Source: Alphaproteobacteria bacterium
GTDB taxonomy: Bacteria > Pseudomonadota > Alphaproteobacteria > Rickettsiales > UBA998
Direction of reading: 5' to 3'
NCBI GenBank assembly: GCA_004292675.1
Contig: RDXO01000014.1
Coordinates: forward strand, 34,313-98,312
Length of the DNA: 64,000 bases
In this document: in pieces, positions 1 to 9,510 of the stretch
Numbering within the stretch: the stretch's first letter is position 1
Layout: every line of letters begins with the position of its first letter
Program-made: the position numbers and the translations under genes
The notes under the pieces: generated by a model
The model's input: the letters and a program-made list of their open reading frames with translations, nothing else
Databases searched by the model: none
Told to the model about the DNA's origin: nothing

Positions 1-135
1 ACATGAAAGCGTGATTTTATCTTCGCACTCATAAATCAGCTTTGCGTCAATAAAATCAAGCACGTGCTTTGCTAAATTCCGTTCTCGCTTCTCTTCATCC
101 CATTCATATGTAACTACATTTGGAAATACAAAAAT
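1..135 (-). pseudogene. BrnT/DUF497-like toxin gene fragment, cut by the left window edge and lacking a canonical in-frame start
   Basis: The minus-strand frame reads LIFVFPNVVTYEWDEEKRERNLAKHVLDFIDAKLIYECEDKITLSC and continues past position 1. YEWDxxKxxxNxxKHxxxF matches the DUF497/BrnT N-terminal signature. There is an in-frame TAA at 139-141 and no ATG/GTG/TTG before YEWD. The nearest ATG (105-107) is 1 nt out of frame. Confidence 0.35.
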
Positions 136-266
136 TAGTTATAGCAAGCACGGCAAGGGATCTTGCGCAAAATAGGCATCTACTTCTGCCATTGACGTGA
201 AAGGTTGAGGTTTTTGGAACATGTGATGATTATAACAGCGTTTATTATCTCTGTGAAGCTAAATTG

Positions 267-914
267 TTAAACGACTCTATGCGCAAGGATGCGCAACAAT
301 CGATACAGCACCCACGCATTTACCATATGCCACATAAAATGTGTACCATAGGGCAGAATATCGCATAAGGGTTTATCGAGTGTGCGCATGAAAAGCGAGC
401 ATGTCCATAAGAATACGGTATGCAATAAGGGTTTTGCCCATGGTGTGTGCGTGATGTACCCTAGTGCCGTGATGCCACTTAAGATGATATAAGTGGGTAG
501 ATAAAAAATCGTCCCATAGAGCGTATCAGGAGGGAACAACGCCGTAAAGATAATATTACTTCCGAGCATCAGTGCGAGCGCGATAAGGATATTTCGCCAC
601 CTCATACCCCATAAACGGCGCAAAAAAGCAGCCAAATAACCATAAATAAAGAGGGTAATGGGCAACACATCCATCATTAAAGTGGTGGATGTGGGGTAAA
701 TATGCCATGCGCCACTCCCCATCCCAATGCCGCATAATAGGAATATAAGCGCGTACATATCAGGAACATCACGCCAATGTAGGGAACGCACTAAGTTCAC
801 GATCCGCCATGCAGCAAAGATAAAAGCAAGATTCGTGACCGCATTCAAAGGTTCTGCCCAAAGGGAGGGATCGCCCGTGCGTTCACAATAATCATGCAAA
901 AGATGCGGTTGCAT
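267..914 (-). CDS. Ceramidase-family (alkaline ceramidase-like) polytopic membrane hydrolase
   Basis: 215-aa multi-TM ORF. The N-terminal YCERTGDPSLWAEPLNAVTNLAF resembles the YCE..EP.N..TN start of the ceramidase family, and conserved His residues lie in later helices. It sits 3 nt downstream of the nfu-like gene. Confidence 0.55.
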   Translation of the reverse strand: MQPHLLHDYCERTGDPSLWAEPLNAVTNLAFIFAAWRIVNLVRSLHWRDVPDMYALIFLLCGIGMGSGAWHIYPTSTTLMMDVLPITLFIYGYLAAFLRRLWGMRWRNILIALALMLGSNIIFTALFPPDTLYGTIFYLPTYIILSGITALGYITHTPWAKPLLHTVFLWTCSLFMRTLDKPLCDILPYGTHFMWHMVNAWVLYRLLRILAHRVV

Positions 915-917
915 AGA

Positions 918-1472
918 TCACACCGCTTCGACAGATTGCACCTCTGGTATGTAATGTTTCAGCATATTTTCAATGCCCTGTTTTAGGGTAAGGGTAGAGC
1001 TTGGGCATCCTGAGCATGATCCGTGCAATTCTAAAAACACAATCCCTTCAACAAAGGAGTGAAAAATGATATCCCCACCATCTTGCGCAACAGCAGGGCG
1101 AACTTTTGCCTCAATCAACTCTTTGATCTCTTTGACAATATCAGAATCTTCTTCCCCAGAATGGGCAGCTTTTGGAGCGGAAGTTTTTTGCTGTATGATG
1201 GGCGCACCTGAGAGGAAAAAATCCATCAGTGTGGTGAGAATATCCGCTTTTAAGAGCGACCAATCAAAGGTAGAATCCTTGGTGATCGTCACAAAATCTG
1301 AGCCAAAAAACACCGCATTGACACCCGAAATGCGAAAAAGTGCCATCGCTAAGGGGGATTCCTCCGCCATATGTTCACCTGTATAAAAACGTGTCCCTGC
1401 TTCCAGCACTGCCCGACCGGGTAAGAATTTCAATGTTTGTGGATTGGGGGTTGTTTCCGTTTGAATGAACAT
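918..1472 (-). CDS. NifU/Nfu-type Fe-S cluster scaffold protein
   Basis: 184 aa. It has the N-terminal MFIQTETTPNPQTLKF (Nfu N-domain) and a C-terminal CSGCPSS CxxC motif. Confidence 0.9.
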   Translation of the reverse strand: MFIQTETTPNPQTLKFLPGRAVLEAGTRFYTGEHMAEESPLAMALFRISGVNAVFFGSDFVTITKDSTFDWSLLKADILTTLMDFFLSGAPIIQQKTSAPKAAHSGEEDSDIVKEIKELIEAKVRPAVAQDGGDIIFHSFVEGIVFLELHGSCSGCPSSTLTLKQGIENMLKHYIPEVQSVEAV

Positions 1473-1498
1473 GGGGGAATCCTCTCTAATCAGGATGG

Positions 1499-2821
1499 TT
1501 AATCATTGCGATAATTATGTTTATTAATTTGTCGTCCGCGCCCCAAAGCAAGAGCGCGCTTCGGTACATCTTCAGTGATGACGCTTCCTGCGCCAATCAC
1601 TGCACCATCACCAATGCACACAGGGGCAACGAGTGAGCTATCCGATCCGATAAACACATCAGAACCAATCATGGTTTTATGTTTATGTGTGCCATCATAG
1701 TTGCAGGTGATCGTACCTGCTCCGATATTGGTATGCGCACCAATTTCAGCATCACCAAGATAGGAGAGATGCCCCGCTTTCACTCCTTCATGGAGTGTGC
1801 TGTTCTTCACCTCAACAAAATTACCAACAGCACTATGATCATGCATCATCGTGCCAGCACGCAAGCGTGCATACGGACCAACGGATACATGATTGTGCAA
1901 GGTTGCCCCTTCAATATGGGTAAAGCTACGGATGGTGCAATGATCGCCAATAGTCACACCAGTGCCGATGGTGACATAAGGATGAATCAGCACATCATAG
2001 CCAAACTGTGTATCCATTGAAAGAAACACTGTTTCAGGCGCAACCATGCCCACACCGTCATCAAGGGCGCGCCCACGCAATCTTTTTTGGATGATGGCTT
2101 CTGCTTGGGCAAGCTCTGTACGGCTATTGATGCCGAGCATATCTTCTTCATCCGCAACGACATAATGGCAGGATAATCCAGCATTATGTGCTAATGCCAC
2201 GGCATCGGTGAGGTAATATTCGTTTTTAACATTATTGTTGCTGATAGACGGGATAATGTCATGTGCATAGCGACCTTGCAATGCCATAATTCCACCATTG
2301 CATAAAGGAATAGCACGCTCTGCATCTGTGGCATCTTTATATTCAACAATATGGGTGACGCGCCCATCCGCATCGGTACATAAACGCCCATAATGTGCAG
2401 GATTTTGGGGGCGCATGGCGGAAAGCGTAATAGCGTGATGTTCCGTATGTTCCAACATCGAGGTTAATAATGAGGTGCGAATCAACGGGGAATCCCCAAA
2501 TAACACCAATAATCTATGTTCAGGATCACAGTGGGGCAAAGCAGATTTGACCGCATCCCCCGTGCCACGCGCTTCTTCTTGGATGATATGGGTGATCATC
2601 GCGGCATCCATGATGCGGTTGGCTTCAGCACGCACATCGTCACCATGAGGGGAAGTGATCAAGCAAATACGCTGCGGATGAAGGGCGCGTGCTTGTTCAA
2701 TAACATGCCGTAGCACCGACCAGCCCGCCAGCATGTGGATCACTTTGGAGCGATCGGATTTCATGCGACTGCTTTGTCCTGCCGCAAGGATGATAACGGT
2801 AAGGGCGCGTGATTCTGTCAT
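1499..2821 (-). CDS. glmU: Bifunctional UDP-N-acetylglucosamine pyrophosphorylase / glucosamine-1-phosphate N-acetyltransferase
   Basis: 440 aa. It has the ILAAGQSSRMKS nucleotidyltransferase motif and C-terminal hexapeptide (left-handed beta-helix) repeats. Confidence 0.93.
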   Translation of the reverse strand: MTESRALTVIILAAGQSSRMKSDRSKVIHMLAGWSVLRHVIEQARALHPQRICLITSPHGDDVRAEANRIMDAAMITHIIQEEARGTGDAVKSALPHCDPEHRLLVLFGDSPLIRTSLLTSMLEHTEHHAITLSAMRPQNPAHYGRLCTDADGRVTHIVEYKDATDAERAIPLCNGGIMALQGRYAHDIIPSISNNNVKNEYYLTDAVALAHNAGLSCHYVVADEEDMLGINSRTELAQAEAIIQKRLRGRALDDGVGMVAPETVFLSMDTQFGYDVLIHPYVTIGTGVTIGDHCTIRSFTHIEGATLHNHVSVGPYARLRAGTMMHDHSAVGNFVEVKNSTLHEGVKAGHLSYLGDAEIGAHTNIGAGTITCNYDGTHKHKTMIGSDVFIGSDSSLVAPVCIGDGAVIGAGSVITEDVPKRALALGRGRQINKHNYRND

Positions 2822-2824
2822 AGA

Positions 2825-3718
2825 TTACCTATCCAAGAGGATGCCACATGCTTCATAGGCCGCTGCAACTGTATTGCGCATCAAACATGCAATAGTCATA
2901 GGACCAACACCGCCCGGCACAGGGGTAATCCAGCCAGCTTTTTGGCGTACTTCTTCAAAAGCAACATCCCCCACCAGACGCGAGCTTCCATCAGGGAGTT
3001 GCACGCGGTTAATGCCCACATCAATCACGCACGCACCTTCCTTGATCCATGAGGCTTTCACCAATTCAGGGCGACCAACGGCTGCAACCACAATATCCCC
3101 TTGCGCGACAACAGAGGCAATATCACGGGTGCGCGAATGGCATAAAGTCACGGTGCAGCTTTGGGCAATTAAAAGTTGCGCCATAGGTTTGCCAACAATA
3201 TTAGATCGACCAATCACCACGGCGTGTTTGCCTTCAAGGTTTGTTCCGAGGGCATGATGAATAAGCATCAGTGAACCAAGAGGGGTACATGCGACAGGTG
3301 CATCTTCACCAGTGGCAAGTTTTCCTGCATTGAACGGATGGAAGCCGTCAACATCTTTGTGTGGGGAGATTGCATTGATCACTTCACGCTCATTCAGATG
3401 GGCGGGCAGGGGCAGTTGCACTAAAATCCCATGCACCGTTGGGTCATTATTCAGAGTGGTGAGTAGATGCAGTAATTCTTCCTGGCTTGTCGATGCGGGT
3501 AGTTTGAAATCGCGTGAGATAATGCCCACTTCAGCGCAGGTTTTTGCTTTTGATTGAATATAATAATGGCTTGCAGGATCATCACCCAACAACACAAAAG
3601 ATACGCATGGCGTTACCTTATGCTGTTGGATGAGGCGTTGTACATCCTGTGCTAATTGAGTGCGCAAATGGGCAGCAAAGGTTTTGCCATCAATAAGTTG
3701 TGCGGTCATAATGTGCAT
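2825..3718 (-). CDS. folD: Methylenetetrahydrofolate dehydrogenase / methenyl-THF cyclohydrolase
   Basis: 297 aa. It has [14 protein letters not shown] and PGGVGPMT, typical of FolD. Confidence 0.95.
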   Translation of the reverse strand: MHIMTAQLIDGKTFAAHLRTQLAQDVQRLIQQHKVTPCVSFVLLGDDPASHYYIQSKAKTCAEVGIISRDFKLPASTSQEELLHLLTTLNNDPTVHGILVQLPLPAHLNEREVINAISPHKDVDGFHPFNAGKLATGEDAPVACTPLGSLMLIHHALGTNLEGKHAVVIGRSNIVGKPMAQLLIAQSCTVTLCHSRTRDIASVVAQGDIVVAAVGRPELVKASWIKEGACVIDVGINRVQLPDGSSRLVGDVAFEEVRQKAGWITPVPGGVGPMTIACLMRNTVAAAYEACGILLDR

Positions 3719-3720
3719 CT

Positions 3721-3766
3721 AAAAAATGAAATAGATGAGAGCAAAACAAACTTTGCTCTCATCTAT
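3721..3766 (-). terminator. Probable intrinsic terminator downstream of sodB
   Basis: A perfect 15-bp stem (3731-3745 / 3752-3766, loop ACAAAC) is followed on the minus strand by TTCATTTTTT. Confidence 0.5.
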
Positions 3767-3826
3767 AGCACTTCAATTTTTCCATTAACCATCGTGGACG
3801 GGTAATAGAATTGAGTAGTGCTATAG
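3763..3826. repeat. Family A hairpin element (A1), termini CTATAGCAC / GTGCTATAG
   Basis: 64 bp. Its reverse complement aligns with A2 (8486-8547): ctatagcactactcaatt.tatt..cc...gatgg.taa. Confidence 0.75.
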
Positions 3827-3853
3827 TTTATAATGAATCGTTATAGGGAAGAA

Positions 3854-4471
3854 TTATGCAGCCTGTGCTTTGCGTGCATTGACAAGATTTTCATTGGCAA
3901 AATCCCAATTCACCAACTGATTCAAGAACACACCAATATAATCAGGGCGACGATTTTGGAAATCAATATAATACGCATGTTCCCACACATCCATCGTCAA
4001 TAGTGGAATTTTTCCTTCGGTTAAAGGAGTCTCTGCATTAGACGTTTTCGTGATCTCGAGCTTCTCGCCGTTTAGCACCAACCATGCCCAACCGCTACCA
4101 AACTGACCAACGCCCGCTGCTTTGAACTGCTCAACAAATGCATCATAGCTACCAAAATCTTGGGCAATACGTTCTGCAATCGCACCTGTGGGCGCGCCGC
4201 CACCTTGTGGCTTCATGCTGTGCCAATAGAAAGTATGATTCCATACTTGCGCGGCGTTATTAAACAAGGCTTGATGCTCTTTTTTTCCTGCTGTGGCATG
4301 GATGATGTCTTCTAACGAATGCGTTGCAAATGTTGTGTTTGCAATCAATTCATTCATTTTCATAACATAGGCATTATGGTGCTTGCCATGATGAATCTCA
4401 AGAGTTTCTTTAGAAATATGCGGAGCAAGAGCGTCTTTTGCATAGGGTAATTCTGGTAAAGTAAAGCTCAT
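3854..4471 (-). CDS. sodB: Superoxide dismutase (Fe-type)
   Basis: 205 aa. Motifs are HHGKHH, AAQVWNHTFYW and DVWEHAYY. The AQ.WNH form is Fe-type. Confidence 0.92.
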   Translation of the reverse strand: MSFTLPELPYAKDALAPHISKETLEIHHGKHHNAYVMKMNELIANTTFATHSLEDIIHATAGKKEHQALFNNAAQVWNHTFYWHSMKPQGGGAPTGAIAERIAQDFGSYDAFVEQFKAAGVGQFGSGWAWLVLNGEKLEITKTSNAETPLTEGKIPLLTMDVWEHAYYIDFQNRRPDYIGVFLNQLVNWDFANENLVNARKAQAA

Positions 4472-4612
4472 AATACATGCCTCATGGAATAAAAAATTAA
4501 TACAGCTATTAAATAGGTATCATGCACCCCAATGTCAAGCGATGCTTTTTGAATTTTTGTTCAAAATATTCTTTGACATTATTGAGTTGAATGGCTAAGA
4601 AGCTGCACCATT

Positions 4613-5059
4613 ATGCACTCGATACAATCCCATCATTCACAGCCAGAATTCATTAAAAAACCGCTGCACGAAATGACGCATGAGGAATGGGAATCGCTTT
4701 GTGATGGCTGTGGTTTATGTTGTCAGATTCGTATCGAAGATGGGCGCACGGGGAAAATGCATTTTTCACCGGTAGCGTGCAGGCTTTTGTGCCTTTCCTC
4801 GCATCAATGCAAAGATTATCCGAATCGTAAGGCGCATGTGAGCGATTGCGTGCGTATTACGCCAGAAAATATCTATCAGCTTTCATGGCTTCCCCATAGT
4901 TGCGCCTATAAACTGGTGGCGTATGGCAATGATTTACCGCAATGGCATCATCTTGTGTGCGGTGATCGTGAACGTGTGCATCAGCAGGGCATATCGATGC
5001 GGGGCAGAACTATCAGTGAAGATGAGGTACAATGGAGTGATTATGGCGTGCTTTCATGA
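4613..5059 (+). CDS. ycgN: UPF0260/YcgN-family cysteine-cluster protein
   Basis: 148 aa. It has the CDGCGLCCQ cluster plus downstream Cys residues, and the size is typical of YcgN. Confidence 0.75.
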   Translation: MHSIQSHHSQPEFIKKPLHEMTHEEWESLCDGCGLCCQIRIEDGRTGKMHFSPVACRLLCLSSHQCKDYPNRKAHVSDCVRITPENIYQLSWLPHSCAYKLVAYGNDLPQWHHLVCGDRERVHQQGISMRGRTISEDEVQWSDYGVLS

Positions 5060-5186
5060 TGAAATGTCACATGCGTGATATGTTCTTTAGGGGATTTACG
5101 AAAACCATTATAGTACTTGTTGCGTTGGTGTGATCGTTATGGTATGCAGATAAAAAATTGTATTTCTCATTATAAAATAGGGTTCT

Positions 5187-6005
5187 ATGTCGCATTATCA
5201 AAAAAGAATTTTCATGTTGTCTCATCGTTCATTGCGTATGATGGCTGCCAGTGCATTATGCATCATGATGGGGGCTTCTGCATCTTATGCGACACCCGCC
5301 GAATCTCACGTCACAGAAGCGAAGCCCGATTATGTCACGAAGGGTGAATTTGATGCGATGGTGAATCGTTATTTGATGGATCATCCCGAAGTACTATTGA
5401 AATCATTGGATAATATGCAGCGCGCCACCCAAGAAAAGGGCTTGGAAGAATCGAAAAAAGCAATAGAAGGACAGAGTGCTAATTTATTCTCTGATTCGAC
5501 ATTGCCAACCTTTGGGGCAAAAGATGCGCCTATTCCCGTGGTTGAGTTTTTTGACTATAATTGCTCAGCCTGCAAATATATGTTTAATCCGATTGATGCC
5601 GTAAAAGCGAAACAAATCCAAGATGTACGCATCATTTTTGTAGAGTTCCCTATTTTCGGAGAAAAATCCGAAGAACTCGCAAAAATTGGTCTTGCGGTAC
5701 ATGCATTAAAGCCTGATGCTTATTATGGTTTCCATAGTGCGATGATGAAACATAAGGGAACGATCACCAAAGATCAAGCTATTGATTATGCTGGAAAAGC
5801 TGGTATTGATCGTGCGGATTTAGAAAAAGAGTTGCTTTCTCCTGCGATTGCAGCGCGCTTGAAAAAGAATCAAGATTTAGGTCATGCGATTAATGTCACA
5901 GGTACGCCGTTTATGGTGATTGGCAAAACTCCTATTCCTCATGCCTTGGATGCCGAACATCTTGACAAACACATTGAAAATGCACGTGCTGCCTTGAAAA
6001 AATAG
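5187..6005 (+). CDS. Periplasmic DsbA-family thiol:disulfide oxidoreductase
   Basis: 272 aa. It has a signal-like MMAASALCIMMGASASYA and a thioredoxin-fold CSAC (CxxC) site. An alternative ATG lies at 5214. Confidence 0.8.
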   Translation: MSHYQKRIFMLSHRSLRMMAASALCIMMGASASYATPAESHVTEAKPDYVTKGEFDAMVNRYLMDHPEVLLKSLDNMQRATQEKGLEESKKAIEGQSANLFSDSTLPTFGAKDAPIPVVEFFDYNCSACKYMFNPIDAVKAKQIQDVRIIFVEFPIFGEKSEELAKIGLAVHALKPDAYYGFHSAMMKHKGTITKDQAIDYAGKAGIDRADLEKELLSPAIAARLKKNQDLGHAINVTGTPFMVIGKTPIPHALDAEHLDKHIENARAALKK

Positions 6006-6014
6006 CATGGTGAT

Positions 6015-6058
6015 GGAACGCCTCTGATTGCGGATTCGTATTCAGGGGCGTTCTTTTG
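6015..6058 (+). terminator. Intrinsic terminator after the dsbA-like gene
   Basis: The stem GGAACGCCTCTGA (6015-6027) pairs with TCAGGGGCGTTC (6042-6053), with one mismatch, and is followed by TTTT. Confidence 0.6.
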
Positions 6059-6132
6059 AAGCAGGTTAGCTGCGATTTTTCTTGTGTTTTTTGTTTATTC
6101 CGAGTATCACCTACCATGGCGTTCATAGAATG

Positions 6133-6171
6133 CTGAATTTAGTTGAATCTGTGCGATTTTACTAAGTTCAG
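6133..6171 (+). promoter_or_regulatory. Hairpin in the pnp 5' leader (possible RNase III-type autoregulatory stem)
   Basis: CTGAATTTAGT (6133-6143) pairs with ACTAAGTTCAG (6161-6171), with one mismatch, 43 nt upstream of the pnp ATG. Confidence 0.25.
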
Positions 6172-6213
6172 TCTATGCGCTTTTGTTTTACTGAAAAAAT
6201 CAAAGGAATGATT

Positions 6214-8406
6214 ATGTTTACAATTACTAGAAAATCAATCGAGTGGGGCGGAAAACGCTTAACGCTAGAAACAGGTAAAATCGCTCGTCAAGCAGATGGT
6301 GCGGTGATGGTGACGTATGGCGAGATTACGCTCTTATGTACCGTTGTTTCTGCTAAAAAAGCCAAGCCTGATATTGATTTCTTCCCTCTTACGGTGAATT
6401 ATCAAGAGAAAACTTTTGCAGCGGGGAAAATTCCTGGTGGCTTTTTTAAGCGTGAAGGTCGTCCAACAGAGCGTGAAACGCTCACATCGCGTCTTATTGA
6501 TCGTCCGATTCGTCCTTTGTTCCATGATGAGTTCAAGAACGAAACGCAAGTAGTTTGCACCTTGCTTGCTACGGATAAAGAAAGCAATCCTGATATTGCA
6601 GCATTGATTGGTGCTTCTGCTGCCTTGACGATTGCAGGTGTGCCATTTTTTGGTCCTGTGGCAGGCGCACGCGTTGGTTATACAGCGGGCGACTATGTGT
6701 TGAACCCAACGGATGCACAATTACAAGAAAGTACATTGGATTTGGTGGTTGCGGGAACGCAATCCTCTGTGTTGATGGTGGAATCAGAAGCGCAAGAATT
6801 ATCTGAAGAAGTAATGTTGGGTGCGGTGATGTTTGGTCACAAACAGATGCAGCCAGTGATTGATTTGATTGTTGATTTTGCAGAATGCTGTGCAAAAGAT
6901 GCGTGGGCGGTGAATGCTTATGAGCGTGCAGAAGAATTATATGCTGCAGTGAAGCTCGCAGGAGAAGATGCATTTCGTGCGGCGTATTTATTGCGTGATA
7001 AGCAAGCACGTCAAAATGCGCTATCTCAAGCACGTGATGTGATTATGCAGGCATTAGAAGGCAGTGATCATCCATCCATTAAAATCGTTTCTGCTATTAA
7101 AAAATTAGAGCAAGCGATTGTGCGTTCTGATTTGATTGCAACCAAAGAGCGTATTGATGGTCGTGGTCTTGCCGATATTCGTCCGATTGAAGTGGAAGTG
7201 GGCATTTTGCCTCGCACGCATGGTTCGGCGTTGTTCACCCGTGGTGAGACGCAGGCATTGGTCGTTACCACGCTTGGAACATCGCAAGATGAACAAATTA
7301 TTGATGCGCTTGAAGGTGAATATAAAGAAAAATTCATGCTGCATTATAACTTCCCTCCTTATTCCACAGGGGAAGCAAGCCCGATGCGTTCGCCGGGTCG
7401 TCGTGAGATTGGTCATGGTAAATTGGCATGGCGTGCTGTGCGTCCATTATTGCCAACATCAGAAGAGTTCCCTTACACAATTCGTATCGTTTCTGAAATC
7501 ACAGAATCAAATGGTTCATCATCCATGGCAACCGTATGTGGCTCATCTATGGCTATGATGGATGCGGGTGTTCCTTTGGCGCGTCCAGTTGCGGGTATTG
7601 CTATGGGGCTGATCAAAGAACAGGATGCCTTTGTGGTGCTTTCGGATATTCTTGGAGATGAAGATCACCTTGGTGATATGGATTTCAAGGTAGCGGGAAC
7701 GGCGCGTGGTGTGACTGCATTGCAAATGGATATTAAAATTGATGGTATCACCGAAGAAATCATGAAGGTGGCATTGGCGCAAGCATCAACAGGTCGCAAG
7801 CATATTCTTGGTGAAATGGAAAAAGCTATCACCCAATCACGTGACGATGTTCGTGAAAATGCACCAAGCATCACCACCATGAATATTCATAAAGATAAAA
7901 TCCGTGAAGTGATTGGATCGGGTGGCAAAGTCATCCGTGAGATTTGTGAACAAACAGGTGCGAAGATCGATATTGAAGATGACGGCACGATCCGTATTTA
8001 TGCGGTGACAGGCACAGCAGCGCAAGCAGCACGTGATTGGATTCATAATATCGTTGCTGAACCTGAAGTAGGTAGAATCTATGACGGTAAAGTGGTGAGC
8101 ATTGTTGATTTTGGAGCATTTGTCAATTTTGTTGGTCCGCATGAAGGTCTTGTGCATGTGAGTGAGATTACGGGTGAGCGTATTGCTGATGTGCGTTCGG
8201 TGCTTGCTGAAGGCGCGATGGTGAAAGTGAAGCTGGTAGAAAAAGATCAGCGTGGCAAATTCCGGTTATCTATGCGTCGTGTAAATCAAGAAACAGGTGA
8301 AGAAATCATCATTGAAGAAGAAGAAGGCGAAGAGGGTGAAGCACGATCAGCGCGTCCAGAACGCAATGATCGTTCGCGCCGTCCACGTAGAGACAAACGC
8401 GGATAG
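6214..8406 (+). CDS. pnp: Polynucleotide phosphorylase
   Basis: I moved the start to ATG 6214 (MFTITRK..), which has AAAGGA upstream. The protein has two RNase PH domains ([15 protein letters not shown]), a KH domain and an S1 domain ([18 protein letters not shown]), and an acidic/basic tail. Confidence 0.95.
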   Translation: MFTITRKSIEWGGKRLTLETGKIARQADGAVMVTYGEITLLCTVVSAKKAKPDIDFFPLTVNYQEKTFAAGKIPGGFFKREGRPTERETLTSRLIDRPIRPLFHDEFKNETQVVCTLLATDKESNPDIAALIGASAALTIAGVPFFGPVAGARVGYTAGDYVLNPTDAQLQESTLDLVVAGTQSSVLMVESEAQELSEEVMLGAVMFGHKQMQPVIDLIVDFAECCAKDAWAVNAYERAEELYAAVKLAGEDAFRAAYLLRDKQARQNALSQARDVIMQALEGSDHPSIKIVSAIKKLEQAIVRSDLIATKERIDGRGLADIRPIEVEVGILPRTHGSALFTRGETQALVVTTLGTSQDEQIIDALEGEYKEKFMLHYNFPPYSTGEASPMRSPGRREIGHGKLAWRAVRPLLPTSEEFPYTIRIVSEITESNGSSSMATVCGSSMAMMDAGVPLARPVAGIAMGLIKEQDAFVVLSDILGDEDHLGDMDFKVAGTARGVTALQMDIKIDGITEEIMKVALAQASTGRKHILGEMEKAITQSRDDVRENAPSITTMNIHKDKIREVIGSGGKVIREICEQTGAKIDIEDDGTIRIYAVTGTAAQAARDWIHNIVAEPEVGRIYDGKVVSIVDFGAFVNFVGPHEGLVHVSEITGERIADVRSVLAEGAMVKVKLVEKDQRGKFRLSMRRVNQETGEEIIIEEEEGEEGEARSARPERNDRSRRPRRDKRG

Positions 8407-8408
8407 AA

Positions 8409-8472
8409 CTATAGAAATTCAACTTAAGATTTCTCAGTTTTTGGTGAAATCTTAAGTTGAGAAATTTCTATA
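8409..8472. repeat. Family A-like hairpin element with termini CTATAGAA / TTCTATA, just after the pnp stop
   Basis: ctatagaaattcaacttaagatttc pairs with gaaatcttaagttga(gaa)atttctata. It probably also serves as the pnp terminator. Confidence 0.65.
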
Positions 8473-8485
8473 AGTCATTAATAAT

Positions 8486-8547
8486 TATAGCACTACTCAA
8501 TTTTATTGTCCATCTAAGATGGGTAAGTGTAAAATTGACGTGCTATA
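8486..8547. repeat. Family A hairpin element (A2)
   Basis: tatagcactactcaattttattgtccatctaagatgggtaagtgtaaaattgacgtgctata. It belongs to the same subfamily as A1, in the opposite orientation. Confidence 0.75.
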
Positions 8548-8566
8548 TACGGAGTTTTAGAACCTT

Positions 8567-9508
8567 ATGAACCCTGCCCATTCTGCTTATGCTGTAGAAA
8601 TTGAAGGATTGCAAAAGTCCTATCGTGGGCGGGGGGCTGAGGCGAAGATGGCGGTGAAAGGTATTGATTTACGTATTCCCCGTGGATCATTTTTTGGTTT
8701 GCTTGGTCCAAATGGTGCAGGAAAATCAACCACCATCAATATCTTAGCTGGTTTGGTAAAAAAAACCGCAGGGCGTGTTGTTATTAGTGGCTATGACAGT
8801 GATACGCATGAGCGTGAAGCACGACAAATGATTGGTGTCGTGCCGCAAGAATTGGTATTAGATACGTTTTTCACGGTACGCCAAGCATTAGAGCTTCATG
8901 CGGGTTATTATGGGATTCCCGCGAAAAAACGTCAAACACAACATATTATTGATGTGATGGGGTTGAGTGATAAGGCGGATGCGCGTCCGCGTAGCTTATC
9001 GGGGGGAATGCGTCGACGTTTGTTAATTGGCAAAGCCTTGGTGCATCAACCTGATATATTGGTGTTAGATGAACCAACGGCGGGCGTTGATATTGAGCTA
9101 CGCACCCAATTATGGGATTATGTGCGTGAATTGAATCGTCAAGGGACGACGATTGTCCTTACCACCCATTATTTAGAAGAAGCAGAAGCATTATGCGATG
9201 AAATTGCGATCATGAATCATGGTATGGTCGTCGCATGTGATACGAAACGTCGTTTGATGGAAGGGTTTGATAGTAAATGCGTGCTGGTTCGACTCACGCA
9301 ACCTATCCATGATCTTCCTGAAATATTGCATTCTCAAGGTTGGGAGCTGCAAGCGGATGGGCGGTTGCTGCGTCATTATGCACCACGCGATAGCATTATG
9401 GATGCGATGTTGGCTGAACTGCACGCGCATGGATATGAAGTGGCAGATTTATCGACCCGTGAAACGGAATTGGAAGCTATTTTTCGTCATCTTACCTCGA
9501 TGCATTAA
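8567..9508 (+). CDS. ABC transporter ATP-binding protein (no permease gene adjacent)
   Basis: 313 aa. Walker A is GPNGAGKST, the signature is LSGGMRRR and Walker B is LVLDEPT. Confidence 0.9.
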   Translation: MNPAHSAYAVEIEGLQKSYRGRGAEAKMAVKGIDLRIPRGSFFGLLGPNGAGKSTTINILAGLVKKTAGRVVISGYDSDTHEREARQMIGVVPQELVLDTFFTVRQALELHAGYYGIPAKKRQTQHIIDVMGLSDKADARPRSLSGGMRRRLLIGKALVHQPDILVLDEPTAGVDIELRTQLWDYVRELNRQGTTIVLTTHYLEEAEALCDEIAIMNHGMVVACDTKRRLMEGFDSKCVLVRLTQPIHDLPEILHSQGWELQADGRLLRHYAPRDSIMDAMLAELHAHGYEVADLSTRETELEAIFRHLTSMH

Positions 9509-9510
9509 CT

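Noticed and set aside
1066-1386. Numerous 60-210-aa ORFs on the strand opposite to, or out of frame with, clear genes. Examples are 1066-1386, 6569-7033, 10633-11025, 44530-45156, 52175-52600 and 54777-55133.
   Set aside because: Each lies entirely inside a well-supported gene with strong family motifs. Their translations are low-complexity or Cys/His/Arg-rich shadow-frame products with no start context. I treat them as artefacts.
5117-5347. A 76-aa ORF overlapping the start of the dsbA-like gene.
   Set aside because: It is out of frame with, and largely inside, the better-supported dsbA-like ORF. It has no recognisable motif.
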